Below, piece after piece: positions 1 to 10,670 of a stretch of DNA of 64,000 nt. The notes beneath the pieces are model-generated. The model was not told the DNA's origin, did not search any database, and worked only from the letters and a program-made list of their open reading frames with translations. A program made the translations under genes and the position numbers. This stretch comes from Ignavibacteria bacterium UBA7675 (lineage in GTDB: Bacteria > Bacteroidota > Ignavibacteria > Kapaibacteriales > UB7675): NCBI GenBank assembly GCA_002483085.1, contig DLHF01000072.1, positions 28,310 through 92,309 of the forward strand, written 5' to 3'. Position 1 is the stretch's first letter; every line of letters starts with the position of its first letter.

Positions 1-411
1 TCGCCGTTCCGGAGGCAACGCGCAGTAGCATGTATATTCCAACACTGCGCTGAATGTTCCCGTAAAGCGGTTCTCGGGCAAAGCAAATACATCGGCCTGC
101 ACAATAGCGACGTTCACATTGCTGCTCACGGCATTGTCCTGAAGCACTTGCAACGGTTCAGCAGCGAAGTCAACGGCTGTTACGCGATAGCCTGCACGCG
201 CAAAAGCAAGAGCATCGTAGCCATAGCCACAGCCGGGCACGAATAATGTCGCTGCCTGCCCATGCTGCACAGCAGACACTGGAAATTCACCGCGCAACCT
301 CAACCCGCGAAAGACCGGGGTTTCGTCCTTCATATCCCAGCCAGTTTGCCCAGAGGCATATCGTTCGGCCCAGTAATCAGGAGTATCAATACGGGCATTG
401 TCGGTAGGCAT
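1..411 (-). CDS. SAM-dependent methyltransferase, TPMT-like (partial; C-terminus lies beyond the window start)
   Basis: Absent from the ORF track because there is no stop in the window. The reverse complement from the ATG (cat at 409-411) reads MPTDNARIDTPDYWAERYASGQTGWDMKDETPVF...LFVPGCGYGYDALAFARAGYRVTAVDF. It shows the W..Y....WD N-terminal signature of the thiopurine/halide methyltransferase family plus a GxGxG SAM motif. Confidence 0.6.
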   Translation of the reverse strand, partial: MPTDNARIDTPDYWAERYASGQTGWDMKDETPVFRGLRLRGEFPVSAVQHGQAATLFVPGCGYGYDALAFARAGYRVTAVDFAAEPLQVLQDNAVSSNVNVAIVQADVFALPENRFTGTFSAVLEYTCYCALPPERR

Positions 412-544
412 GTGCATACGTGTTATGTGTTCAGGCATTTGCCGATTTGCACTCGGAATATTTTCTGCAAACGGTACTCGTGCAATTTACATCAATTTCC
501 GTATTTTGTCGTGCGCGTTTTTTACAGGATCAACATCGTTCCTC

Positions 545-1255
545 ATGAAGAATATCTGGACTATCCTCCGCATCTTTGCTGTCACAACGGGCTATTCAAG
601 CTTCGGTATCGTTCTCTCGCTTTTCAGCAACTGGCACGAGAACTTTTTCAAATACGCGCGCAAATGGGCTGAGAGCGTCTTGCGTATTGCGGATATTACG
701 GTTGCTGCCGAAGGCCAGAGCAATATGCCAGCTACCAGTTGTGTGTATGTATGCAACCACGCCAGCTTGTTCGATATTCCGATTCTGATGGCAGGCATCA
801 ACGACGACATACGCATTATGTATAAGCGCGAGCTTCGGAAAATTCCGTTTTTTGGCTGGGTACTTGCGCTCTCTCCGTTTATCCCCGTAGACCGCACCGA
901 TCCACGCGACGCAATGGCAGGTATCGAGCGAGCAGCGGCAGCTATACGCGAGGGTACGTCGGTTATTATTTTTGCTGAGGGCACACGCTCGCCCGATGGC
1001 GCACTTGGTGCGTTTAAGCGCGGTGCCTTTGTGCTCGCCGTGCGCGCACAGCGCCCTATTGTTCCTGTGGCAATTGCAGGTAGCTCGGCCATACTCCCCT
1101 CGAAAACATCTCATATTACTCCGGGGCATGTGCGTATCATTCTCAAACCGGCAATAAGCGCGCCGCCAGCCAGCGACCGGGCTCTTGAGAAAGCTCTGAT
1201 GAACGATGTACGGACAGCGATTGCAGCGGCGCTGGATACGGCACCACAACCCTAA
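545..1255 (+). CDS. plsC: 1-acyl-sn-glycerol-3-phosphate acyltransferase
   Basis: Contains the HX4D motif (CNHASLFD) and the FAEGTRS motif. The internal Met at 545 (MKNIWTIL...) gives a normal TM-anchored N-terminus. The track ORF starts at 398, but its upstream residues look non-protein-like. Confidence 0.85.
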   Translation: MKNIWTILRIFAVTTGYSSFGIVLSLFSNWHENFFKYARKWAESVLRIADITVAAEGQSNMPATSCVYVCNHASLFDIPILMAGINDDIRIMYKRELRKIPFFGWVLALSPFIPVDRTDPRDAMAGIERAAAAIREGTSVIIFAEGTRSPDGALGAFKRGAFVLAVRAQRPIVPVAIAGSSAILPSKTSHITPGHVRIILKPAISAPPASDRALEKALMNDVRTAIAAALDTAPQP

Positions 1256-1425
1256 ATCCGCTGCGTACCGCGCTTTGGCAATGGTGTTTTGCCGCACAGA
1301 TATGTATATTTGCAGAAGATCGCGCAATTCGCATGAACAACACGTGCGGTCTTGCGGGCGGTGACAGCGACGAGCAACACGAACAACACGCCCGCGCAAT
1401 GATTATATCCGATATTGATACTACT

Positions 1426-1716
1426 ATGAGCATTAACCGCGAAACTATTGATAAGATTGCCTCGCTGGCGCGTTTGTCGTTCACCGAAGAGGAAAAAGAC
1501 GTGTTCGTGGAACAGTTCCAACGCATTGTGGAATATGTGGACGTTATTCAGTCGCTCGACCTCGACGGCGTAGAACCGCTGAAGCACATAGGCATCGGAA
1601 CGGAAAATGTATTCCGCGACGACGTTGCACAGCCTTGTATTCCATTGGAAGACGCGCTGCAAAATGCGCCAAAGCGCAATGAGAGTTTCTTCAAAGTGCC
1701 GAGGGTACTGGGTTGA
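1426..1716 (+). CDS. gatC: Asp/Glu-tRNA(Asn/Gln) amidotransferase subunit C
   Basis: The 96 aa product MSINRETIDKIASLARLSFTEEEKDVFVEQFQRIVEYVDVIQSLD... is typical GatC in length and sequence. The internal Met at 1426 was chosen over the track start at 1333. Confidence 0.85.
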   Translation: MSINRETIDKIASLARLSFTEEEKDVFVEQFQRIVEYVDVIQSLDLDGVEPLKHIGIGTENVFRDDVAQPCIPLEDALQNAPKRNESFFKVPRVLG

Positions 1717-2462
1717 TGGCGGTTGGAATTATACCCGCGCGCTACGCTTCCGTGCGCCTGCCCGGTAAACCGCTTGTTGATCTCAATGGCAAAAGCATGA
1801 TTCGCCGTGTGTGGGAAGGTGCTACAGAATCTCGCCTGCTCGAACGTGTGGTTGTGGCTACCGACGATGAACGCATCGCAGAGGAATGCCGTAGCTTTGG
1901 AGCAGAAGCTGTCCTGACATCGCCCGAGCTTCCAAGCGGAACCGACCGCATTGCAGCGGCACACAAGGCGCTACACCGGGAATACGACATCGTAGTGAAT
2001 ATCCAGGGCGACGAGCCCTTGCTGCGCGGTGCGCTTGTCGATAAGCTCGTGCAGGCTCTTGCCGATAGTGATGCCGATGTAGCAACTCCTGTTACTCCTC
2101 TCACTTCTCTCGAAGAGCTCAGCAACCCAGCCGTTGTGAAAGTTGCGATGAATGCCGCAGGACGCGCACTGTATTTTTCACGCAGTGCGATTCCCTTTTT
2201 CCGCGACGCAGACATGGCACACTGGCCCGAACACTATCCATACCAAAAGCACATCGGATTGTACGCTTACCGCCGTGCAGCATTGGAGCGCTTTGTAGCT
2301 CTTCCTCCTTCGTTGTTAGAGCGCGCGGAATCTCTCGAACAGCTTCGTTTGCTCGAAGATGGCGCGGTATTTCACTGCGTGCACACCGACAACCGGCTGG
2401 TGGCCATTGATACCCCTGCAGACGCCGACCACGTGCGCGTTCTGTTGCGGGATAGAGAATAA
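1716..2462 (+). CDS. kdsB: 3-deoxy-manno-octulosonate cytidylyltransferase (CMP-KDO synthetase)
   Basis: MAVGIIPARYASVRLPGKPL...VNIQGDEPL is the canonical KdsB N-terminus with the QGDEP motif. The ATG overlaps the gatC stop (TGATG). Confidence 0.9.
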   Translation: MAVGIIPARYASVRLPGKPLVDLNGKSMIRRVWEGATESRLLERVVVATDDERIAEECRSFGAEAVLTSPELPSGTDRIAAAHKALHREYDIVVNIQGDEPLLRGALVDKLVQALADSDADVATPVTPLTSLEELSNPAVVKVAMNAAGRALYFSRSAIPFFRDADMAHWPEHYPYQKHIGLYAYRRAALERFVALPPSLLERAESLEQLRLLEDGAVFHCVHTDNRLVAIDTPADADHVRVLLRDRE

Positions 2463-2577
2463 CCACACGGTTCCATTCCTCCTTGCCATTCACCGCCGCT
2501 ATCAGGCAACCGTGGCAAATGCCTTGCACAAGCTATTTCAGCTCCTTACTTCATGTAGTTTCGTTTCTGCCATAGAA

Positions 2578-2700
2578 AATCTGTGGCACGGGCGTCGCTG
2601 GGTCGTCCGTCGCATCGCTGTCACCGGTCGCACCTTCCGCTTCTTGTCTGCCCAACTGGTACTCGCACAAAAGAACTCCAATAGCAGCGTATCCGGCTTC
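2578..2700 (-). repeat. Three-box intergenic repeat, copy 1 (partial: box3 + box2, no box1)
   Basis: tgtggcacgggcg at 2582-2594 and cgctgtcaccggtcgca at 2616-2632, with a 21 nt gap. The downstream segment resembles the inter-box region of copy 3. Confidence 0.7.
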
Positions 2701-2721
2701 GCCATGATGACAGCTATGTAC

Positions 2722-2765
2722 AAAAAAAGCGCGGGGACTAAAAAATCCCCGCGCTCTTGTTTTCC
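2722..2765. terminator. Bidirectional intrinsic terminator between kdsB and the 1462 aa gene
   Basis: A 10 bp GC-rich stem (agcgcgggga 2728-2737 / tccccgcgct 2746-2755) is flanked by an A-run (2722-2728) and a T-rich tract. Confidence 0.65.
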
Positions 2766-2785
2766 TGAAGGCTGAGCCTTCGATG

Positions 2786-5700
2786 TTATCTCGTAATCAC
2801 CATTTGGCGGCTTTCTACATACGGACCCGCGATAAGGCGGTAGGTGTATGTACCTGAAGGCAGCTCTGTTGTAGTGATACGCACTCTGTAGGTACCGGCT
2901 TCGCGAACACCATCCACGAGGACTTTCACCTCTTCGCCAATGGAGTTGTACACAGCCAATTTCACCGGAGCATCAAAAGCCACATCGTATTCGATTTCGG
3001 TTTCAGATGCCGAGGGGTTTGGCGTATTCTGGCGCAGTGCAAACGCCCGTTTGTACTGAATACCACGGAAATCGCGCACGCAAAGCTCGTCGAGCAGGAG
3101 TTCGCCATTCACCGTAGAAGGCACAACACACACGGCGCGATTGCCGAGGTCGGACTGTGCAGCGTTCAGCACAAGAGGCAGTTTGTCTTTGGCCGAAAGA
3201 TAGACGTTCATTTTCAGTTTCAGGAACACGCCTTCAACTGACAGCGGGCTACCCGTGTTCTGCTTACCTCTGATCGTGATCTTGCCGCGTGCATCTTGTC
3301 CATTAGCGTCTTTATCAGGTTCAATGGCGACATTCCAGCCATTCAGCCCCGGAGCGCTAAAGTTGCCATTGTAGCGCAACGCATCGGGATCGTAGGAAAG
3401 TACAAGCACGAACTCGTTGAGTTTTGCCTCGGCAATCTGACCGGAAACATTGAACTGTAGTTCAGTTTCCTCTTTCGGCAACAGTTTCTTGGTACTACCC
3501 ACTACCGTAAAGGTGACGGGCACTGTATAGCCCGTACCAGTCAAGCGCGCAATATTCTTCTGATCAATCGGAGCATTACTTACCACCTCAACATTGAGAT
3601 CATAGGGAGATGCGCCATTGCGCGGTGCGAATGTCACCGTGAATGTCCTCGTAGCACCAGCCGCAAGTATAAACTCAACCGGATTCGACAGAGGATTGCC
3701 GTTTTCGGTAATCGTGTACACAGCAGTGTTGCCCGTGTACAAGAAGTCCGACACGATGAGATCGCGTGTACCTGTGTTTTTCACTGTGAAAGTAGCTGTT
3801 TTAGTATCGCACATCAGCACGCTACCAAAGTTGATATCAGTCACATCAATACCGGGCTCACCTTCTGTATAATCACAACCTTTAAGCTGAGTTTGCACGG
3901 GCTCAAAGAAGTCTCCATCGGCATTGACACCATCGCCGGGTTTGGTATCGGCTACAATCACTACATCATCAATGTAATTTTTGATATTGCCAACATTGGG
4001 CCCTGTGTACGACTGAGTCGTTATATCGGCTGTGAAGTACGCATTAATAGTAGCTGTTGCACCAGTTGAAATGACAAGCGGGTCAGCCGGTGTCGGCATT
4101 TTTTGTCCCGGACCATCAGCTCTCAGCTCAAACGCCGACGGAAGTTTCGGCAGTGTCACCGACTGTACAACGAGGTCTGCTGTCATACTGGTATTGGTAA
4201 TTTTCACCATACCAACCTCGGTAGAAACCGTACCCTGTTTGATACATTCAAACTCATCGCCTTCTACTACAATGTGCGGCAGAATACCGTTGCCAATCGC
4301 TTTACCCTCAACAACAGTCTCGGAGTTAGCATAGGTCGGAATGATAAGTTGTTCGTAGGATGTCTCGGACTGCGGAATAAATTTTACGGTAAAGACAATG
4401 CGATTGGTCTCTCCTTGATACAGCGGAATTGTAGTCTTAAAGTTCGTCAGATCACCTACCGGAGCAAGAAGATCAACATTGGTAGTACCATCAACTTTTA
4501 CACTGATCACTTTCAGGCTACTTACATCTCCTGCCGTATGGAAGCCTGTTACATTGAGCGTAAAGTCACCAGTATTAGTCAGAATAATATCAGCACTGTG
4601 CACAGTATTCACGCGTTTATCACCAAAGTCAACAACTGTGATTTGCGGGCCGGGATCCTGCGCCAGACCAGTCCATTCCGATACATTGTCATTCGATTTA
4701 TCTTCCGAATCAGCATCGGAAACGAATGTCACATCGATAGTCTGTCTGCCTGTTTCTTTAGGATCGTAGCACAGCGTTTTTACTGTCACTTTCTCGCCCG
4801 GCTGCAGAATAATGGGCAGAGGCGGTGTCATGGTTGTGAGATCCAAGCTAAAGGGGGCTGCAATATTTTTGAGTTCGGTAATCGTAAGGACATCCGTACC
4901 GGTATTCTCTACCAGCAAAGTACCGTCTTGATTAGTATTACAGTATTTTGTCCCTACCTGATGCGTTCCTGCATCCCAGTCGCCCACTTGAATATGCGGC
5001 ATCACGCCCTGCCCTTGTAGCCAGCCCAGTGCAAACTTACCGCAGCTCGCTTCGGCAAATACCGAATCAATATCGTATTCATCCTGTTTCTTGATTTCTT
5101 TTGTCGGCGTGTATTCGAAATCGATATCAATTTCGGTACCTGCAAGCACAACTAACGGGAATGTCGTTGGTTGCAGAATCTTGAATTCCTTGTTCTTTTT
5201 CAGCCAAATATTTTTGACTTCAACATCGCGCTTTGTAGGATTAACGATCTTAGCAGTAAGAGTTTTAGCCGTTTTAACGCGCACTTTGCCAAAGATTACA
5301 GAATCGGGCTTCATTGCTACAAGCTCGGCTGTATAGCGAACACTGTCGATTGCTGTATTCCCAGCTCTATCCATTACATAGTACAGAGCAAACGCATCCT
5401 GTGACTTATCTTTTACGCGTAGACGGAATTCAAACACTTCGCGACGCGGTTCAATATGGATATTATCCACATCGGCTGTAATCAGTTCAAGCGCATAGTT
5501 GTAGCTTTGCTCCAGATCAAGCTCAATCTGGTTGATACCAGTGTCGATTTGGGTAGAATCCTGAGCCTCATTGGGCTCTTGATCACGCTTTTCCGTTGCA
5601 GTCACCAAGTAATCACCACATTCGGCCACCGTGTCCAGCAGCGGTTTCAGCGTATCGAGCTGATCGAGCTTATTGAGCGCCGTAGCCGCAGGCCACAGGT

Positions 5701-7174
5701 AAGAAGCAAAATCGGCAAATCCATAAATAACACCACCAAACGGCGTCTCGCCCTTAATATGGTGAGGGCCAGGGGGCAGTTTCACTTTTGCCCAGTAGAT
5801 ATCAGTATTCTGAATACGGTTGACAATAAACGTCGGGTTGGAAACCCACACAGGCTTGCCGTCGATGGTGATGGTCTTGAGCTTTTCCTGCGTTATGTCG
5901 TTGGTATCACCAATAGCCAGAATATTAAAATAGTTATTGACATAAGCCACGTTTGCCGGCGTCTGAAAGACTGTTTCAAGTGTGTACTGTTCTACAGGCA
6001 CACCTATTACCATCGCCGGGTCAAAGATTGAATTGCCATACCACTCAGCGGAACAAGCGTACTGCATCACAAAGATTGGCTTGTCTGCAGTCCAGACAGC
6101 TACTCCCTTAATCGATGTAGAAGGAGGCCACGTATTTTCCCTCTCCATGAAGTCGCCAGCATCTTGCAGAGTACCTTCCCACGTGTAGGTAATATTATCT
6201 TTCAGGTCTGTATAGCGACACTTAAACTTCGTATTTTTCTCTTTTGCAAAAACCCTAAAGAAGTCTCCTCGATTGGCTTTCGACTCCAGTTCAAGCGTTA
6301 CATACCTTTTCCCCCAGCTTGATATTGGCGGAATCATCTCCACAAGGTGATCGCGTCCGTTATTAGGTGAAGGAAACGAAGGAATCATTGTACGTTGGTG
6401 AAACGAGAAAAAGCCAATAGGCTTACTCGCCGTCACCACAGTACCGCTGAAGTCAAATTCATTCAGAGTCTGGCCATTGCCTCGCACCATGTATGTCTGG
6501 CCGCGTTGCAATGTAAACTTATAGGGTGTACCGAGCTTCTTACCTTTTTTCGTCCGGCCTGCGGGGTTGCCATTATCAGTACCTTTTAGCGTGAACTGCA
6601 CCTGTGTGTTGTTCTCTTTAGCAACAATAACAAACCCTCCGCCCCAAGGCGAAGAGCTAGCGAACTCACCAAAATCGTACAGACTCATGTGCATATACTG
6701 AGTGCCCCATACAGTCGTGGGCAGTGCCAGAAAGCCATCAGCGCTTACGCTTTTGGCATTCAGTGCATATACAGAAATTGGCTGATCGGATATAATATGG
6801 ATGCCTTGATTGCTGGCTCTTTCATCGTCGCGAATCTCCCAAGCCCAGTTCGCAGACTTATCGGCAGTAGTAAACGTTGTAATCTCATAGGCTTTTACCG
6901 GTTTAGTCGTACTAAAGCCAGAGCCAGGATGTTCGATGGTGACTTTAGCATTTCTACTGGACGTTACATAGATTTCCAGCTCCAGCGCAGGATAGCCACC
7001 GTCGAATTCATTAGGCGGGATAGTAATCCAAAACTCACGCCCCTGCGCCGAATTATTCAGCATCTGGGCAGACGACGGTATTTTTTTTGCAATAGTGCTC
7101 TTATCCTGCTGCGCATTCGCCAAAGGCGAACATAGTAGTAGTATAATGAGCGCAAACGCGTACAAACGGTGCAT
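2786..7174 (-). CDS. Large secreted T9SS cargo protein (1462 aa): N-terminal IgGFc-binding-like domain, multiple Ig-like repeats, cohesin-like module, T9SS C-terminal sorting domain
   Basis: Signal peptide MHRLYAFALIILLLCSPLANA. The GREFWITIPPNE start is typical of the IgGFc-binding N-terminal fold. There are recurrent FG.V.....N.G...L.I Ig-like repeats. The C-terminal about 80 aa (NTPNPSASETEIEYDV...YTYRLIAGPYVESRQMVITR) matches the Por/T9SS CTD pattern. Confidence 0.85.
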   Translation of the reverse strand: MHRLYAFALIILLLCSPLANAQQDKSTIAKKIPSSAQMLNNSAQGREFWITIPPNEFDGGYPALELEIYVTSSRNAKVTIEHPGSGFSTTKPVKAYEITTFTTADKSANWAWEIRDDERASNQGIHIISDQPISVYALNAKSVSADGFLALPTTVWGTQYMHMSLYDFGEFASSSPWGGGFVIVAKENNTQVQFTLKGTDNGNPAGRTKKGKKLGTPYKFTLQRGQTYMVRGNGQTLNEFDFSGTVVTASKPIGFFSFHQRTMIPSFPSPNNGRDHLVEMIPPISSWGKRYVTLELESKANRGDFFRVFAKEKNTKFKCRYTDLKDNITYTWEGTLQDAGDFMERENTWPPSTSIKGVAVWTADKPIFVMQYACSAEWYGNSIFDPAMVIGVPVEQYTLETVFQTPANVAYVNNYFNILAIGDTNDITQEKLKTITIDGKPVWVSNPTFIVNRIQNTDIYWAKVKLPPGPHHIKGETPFGGVIYGFADFASYLWPAATALNKLDQLDTLKPLLDTVAECGDYLVTATEKRDQEPNEAQDSTQIDTGINQIELDLEQSYNYALELITADVDNIHIEPRREVFEFRLRVKDKSQDAFALYYVMDRAGNTAIDSVRYTAELVAMKPDSVIFGKVRVKTAKTLTAKIVNPTKRDVEVKNIWLKKNKEFKILQPTTFPLVVLAGTEIDIDFEYTPTKEIKKQDEYDIDSVFAEASCGKFALGWLQGQGVMPHIQVGDWDAGTHQVGTKYCNTNQDGTLLVENTGTDVLTITELKNIAAPFSLDLTTMTPPLPIILQPGEKVTVKTLCYDPKETGRQTIDVTFVSDADSEDKSNDNVSEWTGLAQDPGPQITVVDFGDKRVNTVHSADIILTNTGDFTLNVTGFHTAGDVSSLKVISVKVDGTTNVDLLAPVGDLTNFKTTIPLYQGETNRIVFTVKFIPQSETSYEQLIIPTYANSETVVEGKAIGNGILPHIVVEGDEFECIKQGTVSTEVGMVKITNTSMTADLVVQSVTLPKLPSAFELRADGPGQKMPTPADPLVISTGATATINAYFTADITTQSYTGPNVGNIKNYIDDVVIVADTKPGDGVNADGDFFEPVQTQLKGCDYTEGEPGIDVTDINFGSVLMCDTKTATFTVKNTGTRDLIVSDFLYTGNTAVYTITENGNPLSNPVEFILAAGATRTFTVTFAPRNGASPYDLNVEVVSNAPIDQKNIARLTGTGYTVPVTFTVVGSTKKLLPKEETELQFNVSGQIAEAKLNEFVLVLSYDPDALRYNGNFSAPGLNGWNVAIEPDKDANGQDARGKITIRGKQNTGSPLSVEGVFLKLKMNVYLSAKDKLPLVLNAAQSDLGNRAVCVVPSTVNGELLLDELCVRDFRGIQYKRAFALRQNTPNPSASETEIEYDVAFDAPVKLAVYNSIGEEVKVLVDGVREAGTYRVRITTTELPSGTYTYRLIAGPYVESRQMVITR

Positions 7175-7386
7175 TTCGAACTCCTGTTGGTTTAAAGATG
7201 TATTTATGTATGAACCTCGGTAATGTTCGGTGTACAGTCACCCAGCCAATCAACCAGTCCTTGTTAGCCTACTATATCAATGCGGGTAAACCTATAGAAA
7301 AGATTATTTCCATACAAGGGACTTATAAATCCATGTAAAAGATGCGTAATCTTACGGTTTATTGCAAACCTTATTACAATTGCAAA

Positions 7387-7420
7387 ACAAGGCAGTGATG
7401 GTTATCACTGCCTTGTTTTT
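7387..7420. terminator. Intrinsic terminator downstream of the OmpA/PD40 gene
   Basis: A perfect 13 bp stem (acaaggcagtgat 7387-7399 / atcactgccttgt 7404-7416) with a 4 nt loop and T-runs on both strands. Confidence 0.6.
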
Positions 7421-7464
7421 ATTCATCCGAAGGTATTCAGACAGAAAGTGTAATGATTGCGGAG

Positions 7465-10173
7465 TTACTTGAGGTCTTCAAGCGGGGTCCGAATAATCAC
7501 CTGTACTGTACGATTGTAGAAGCGGCCTTCCGGAAGTTCGTTGGTGTACAGAGCCTCGTCCTCACCTACTCCACGCGAATCCAGTGTACCGTATTTACCG
7601 CCAGTTGTAGATTTAATACCAGTCTGGACAGTTTTGGAACGGTTTTCCGACAGGCGTTTGTTGTGGTCGTATAAACCAACAACATCTGTATGGCCTACAA
7701 CTTCGATTTCTGTGCGCGGGAATACACGCGGGAACACATATTCTTTCAGAATACGCTCGTTGAGCGGTCCGGCATCGAATTTGTCAAATGGGAAAAGGAT
7801 AAGGCTGTAGCGCTCAAGTGTTTTTTGCGTGTCCTTAGCATAAGTGTTCTCAATAGTCGTAATGCGTTTAACCTTAATAGCCACCGGATCGGAAATACAC
7901 TCGCGGCCAGATGTACTGGTGACAATCAGGCGTGCTTCATAAGGGCCGGGATTAGGTTCCTGCGGAAAATCTCCGTTCTCATCTTTCCAGTCCCATGTGT
8001 ACACTTCCTCGTTACGGCCAACTTCACGGAGTGTCTTCCAGGGTTTGCCATTGCGTATTACTTCAATACGGCGGGAAGCCACGATGCTGTTGTCGATACC
8101 ATTATCCATTGTGTAGTTCATGGTTTCCGGCGAGGGAATCAGCGTAGGATCAACATCAAGGATAGGCTTGATCACTTCCCAGCGGTCGCAGAGCAATTCC
8201 ACACGACGGTTCTCTACAATACCAAGCGAGTCCCTAATATTGGAAGGTGTTTTCGGCAGATCGCGAATGGTAATCGTCATGCGCGAGGGATCGATGCCCC
8301 ATACATCTTTCAAATAGTTATACACACCTTCTACCCGTTCTTTAGAAAGACCGGGACGTTTTTCCAGCGAGCTACCTTGGTCATTACAGCCTACCAACTC
8401 AATTTTAGCATCGGGGAACTTGCGCAGGCGATGGCCATAGATATTGAGCACGTGATAATACTTTTCAAGCGTACCGCCGCGAATTGCTTCGTCGGAGAAT
8501 CCTTCGGTTTGAGCCGGGTTCTTGAAAAGCACATAGCGCGAAGGAAGCTTGCCTTCGCCCTCGCCAAAGAACACATAGTTCAGCAGCGGATAGAGCGAAA
8601 TAGTCTTGATCTCCTGTAAAACCAACCCTTTGAAATTCGCGATATCGGGTTGCTTGCCAGCATTTTGCTTGATATAATCAGCAAAATCCATTTCGGCATC
8701 AATGCGGGGTTTGCGACCCAGCTTCAATTGTACCGGCGGAATATCAATCACTTTTTCAGATTCGGACTGGTTCTTTGTTTTTTCCGGCTTGTCCACCCGC
8801 ACAATCTCGGTTACTTTACCATAGGTGGGATTTTCGGCTGTAATTTCGAGGTTGAGAACCTTGATAGAGTCTTCAGGACGCCCAAAATCCATATTGCTTA
8901 TAATAATGCCGAATTCTTTCAGCCCACCAGCAGTAAGCGTATCGCGCTTTACTTTTTTGGTGACGGAATTGGTCATTGTTACAACGGCGGGGATATTCTC
9001 GTTGCTACACTCGTCAATAACTGTACCAGTAATATTCACAGTGCGGAAAAAGCTCGGCACAAAAGCCATAAAGATATCGTATCCGCCCTGATAATGAGCA
9101 AGGTCTTCGCGCTGCGACGAGAAGTAGAGAATGTCGCCAGAAGCGGGTAAAGTAATGAACGCCTCGTCCTGCGGAGTGTTAATGGGAGCACCAAGATTCA
9201 CAGGCTTGCCCCACTTTCCATTATCTCCCAACTGCGAAACATAGAAATCAGTCCCACCCAGATTTGGGGTATGGCCATCCGACGAGAAAAACAGCGTCTG
9301 ATTATCGGCACTCATAAACGGCGCCCAGTCTTTTCCCTTCGTATTAATAGAAGGACCAAGATTCACTGCGGGCTTCCATTCTTCGAGATCGAAGTCGTAG
9401 TCGGTGTACCAAATGTCAAAGTCACCGTCGCCACCAATAGCGCCCGGCCTGTTCGACGCAAAATAAATCCGGCTTTTATCGGCAGTAATAGAGGGCTGGG
9501 AATCCCACGAGGGGGAGTTCACATTACGACCCAGGTTACGGGGCCGTCCCCACTTATCGCCTTCTACTTCCACAATATACAGGTCGCAGCCACCGATACC
9601 ATCGGCACGGTCACAACCGGTCAGGATAAGAGTTTGCTGGTCTGCCGAAATTGTCGCAACGCCCTCGTGGAGCGAGGTATTTACGCCGAGATCGCCATAG
9701 GTAGTTGCCGTGTCGATATTATATGGCTTATTAAAGACAGTATCATAGCGATCAGCTTTTTTTGCTGCCCAGAAATCGTCGGATGGATCGCCATTAGCAG
9801 TTAATTTGCTGCCGCGACGGCGGGATACATAGTACAGTGTTTTGCCATCGGCACTAATTGTAGGCGCAAAATCGCGGCCATCTATGTTAATAACAGGTCC
9901 GAGGTTAATAATACGTATGTTCTTCGCATTGAGAATGCTCTCCTCCTCATCGCTTTGCGGTGGCTGAGGTACATTATTATCAGTTGGAGCCTCGGATATT
10001 ACAGCGGCATACAAATGCAGATCGGACGACTCCGCCTGTCTCACCTCTTGGCTGGCCGGTGCAACAGCAACTTTGCCATCGCTCTGGGAAGAGCCGGTTT
10101 TATTCTGAGGTATCATTGACATTGGCAAAGAGAGGAGTATCATTCCAATGCAATAAGCCAGTAAGTGTTGCAT
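7465..10173 (-). CDS. OmpA-family protein with TolB/PD40-like beta-propeller repeats and two OmpA-like C-terminal domains
   Basis: Has a signal peptide. PD40-like repeats include FAPTISADGKTLYYVS, PSITADKSRIYFAS and APFMSADNQTLFFSS. There is a degenerate OmpA-like domain (ELVGCNDQGS...NRRVELL) and a canonical one (VVGHTDVVGLYDHNKRLSENRSKTV). Confidence 0.8.
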   Translation of the reverse strand: MQHLLAYCIGMILLSLPMSMIPQNKTGSSQSDGKVAVAPASQEVRQAESSDLHLYAAVISEAPTDNNVPQPPQSDEEESILNAKNIRIINLGPVINIDGRDFAPTISADGKTLYYVSRRRGSKLTANGDPSDDFWAAKKADRYDTVFNKPYNIDTATTYGDLGVNTSLHEGVATISADQQTLILTGCDRADGIGGCDLYIVEVEGDKWGRPRNLGRNVNSPSWDSQPSITADKSRIYFASNRPGAIGGDGDFDIWYTDYDFDLEEWKPAVNLGPSINTKGKDWAPFMSADNQTLFFSSDGHTPNLGGTDFYVSQLGDNGKWGKPVNLGAPINTPQDEAFITLPASGDILYFSSQREDLAHYQGGYDIFMAFVPSFFRTVNITGTVIDECSNENIPAVVTMTNSVTKKVKRDTLTAGGLKEFGIIISNMDFGRPEDSIKVLNLEITAENPTYGKVTEIVRVDKPEKTKNQSESEKVIDIPPVQLKLGRKPRIDAEMDFADYIKQNAGKQPDIANFKGLVLQEIKTISLYPLLNYVFFGEGEGKLPSRYVLFKNPAQTEGFSDEAIRGGTLEKYYHVLNIYGHRLRKFPDAKIELVGCNDQGSSLEKRPGLSKERVEGVYNYLKDVWGIDPSRMTITIRDLPKTPSNIRDSLGIVENRRVELLCDRWEVIKPILDVDPTLIPSPETMNYTMDNGIDNSIVASRRIEVIRNGKPWKTLREVGRNEEVYTWDWKDENGDFPQEPNPGPYEARLIVTSTSGRECISDPVAIKVKRITTIENTYAKDTQKTLERYSLILFPFDKFDAGPLNERILKEYVFPRVFPRTEIEVVGHTDVVGLYDHNKRLSENRSKTVQTGIKSTTGGKYGTLDSRGVGEDEALYTNELPEGRFYNRTVQVIIRTPLEDLK

Positions 10174-10670
10174 ATTCGTTTACTATCCCAAATGATTAAT
10201 AAATGAAGATTATTTCGAATGACAGTCTTCTTCTTGTTGTTGTTTGTCGCATTTGAGGCACAGCCGCGGTTCGTTAGTCCCCATCCGAAGGAAAGCAAAA
10301 CATTGAGGAAGAATTTAGTTAAATTTTCGCATTAATGCCGAAAATTTTTACTGCCGGATTTCCTTTGTCTTACCTCTACCATATCATCTGGTTAGCACGA
10401 TAGCCAGACGCTATTTTCTTGACGGAATACTCCGCCGGCATGGGTTACCTTATAGCCAGCTATTTATAGGTTATTCATTGCTACATTGCATTTTTTGCAC
10501 ACCTGCTCACGCACCTACTTCTCATATCTGATTTGTATAACCACACGACCCACACACCTGCTGGTACAGAACCTCTCGCATGCCAATTAGGACGTGTTGG
10601 CACATCTCCACACCGAAGATGGGAGGCTTACTACTCTCTTATATCGTTGTTTTTGAAAGAATAACCAAGG

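Noticed and set aside
2582-2600. Box3 of the intergenic repeat in reverse orientation (TGTGGCACGGGCG...) resembles the sigma-54 -24 element TGGCAC.
   Set aside because: Only copy 1 has GG-N10-GC spacing (TGGCACGGGCGTCGC). Copies 3, 5, 7 and 8 lack a correctly spaced -12 GC or TTGC. Several copies also point away from any gene. The element is not a consistent sigma-54 promoter.
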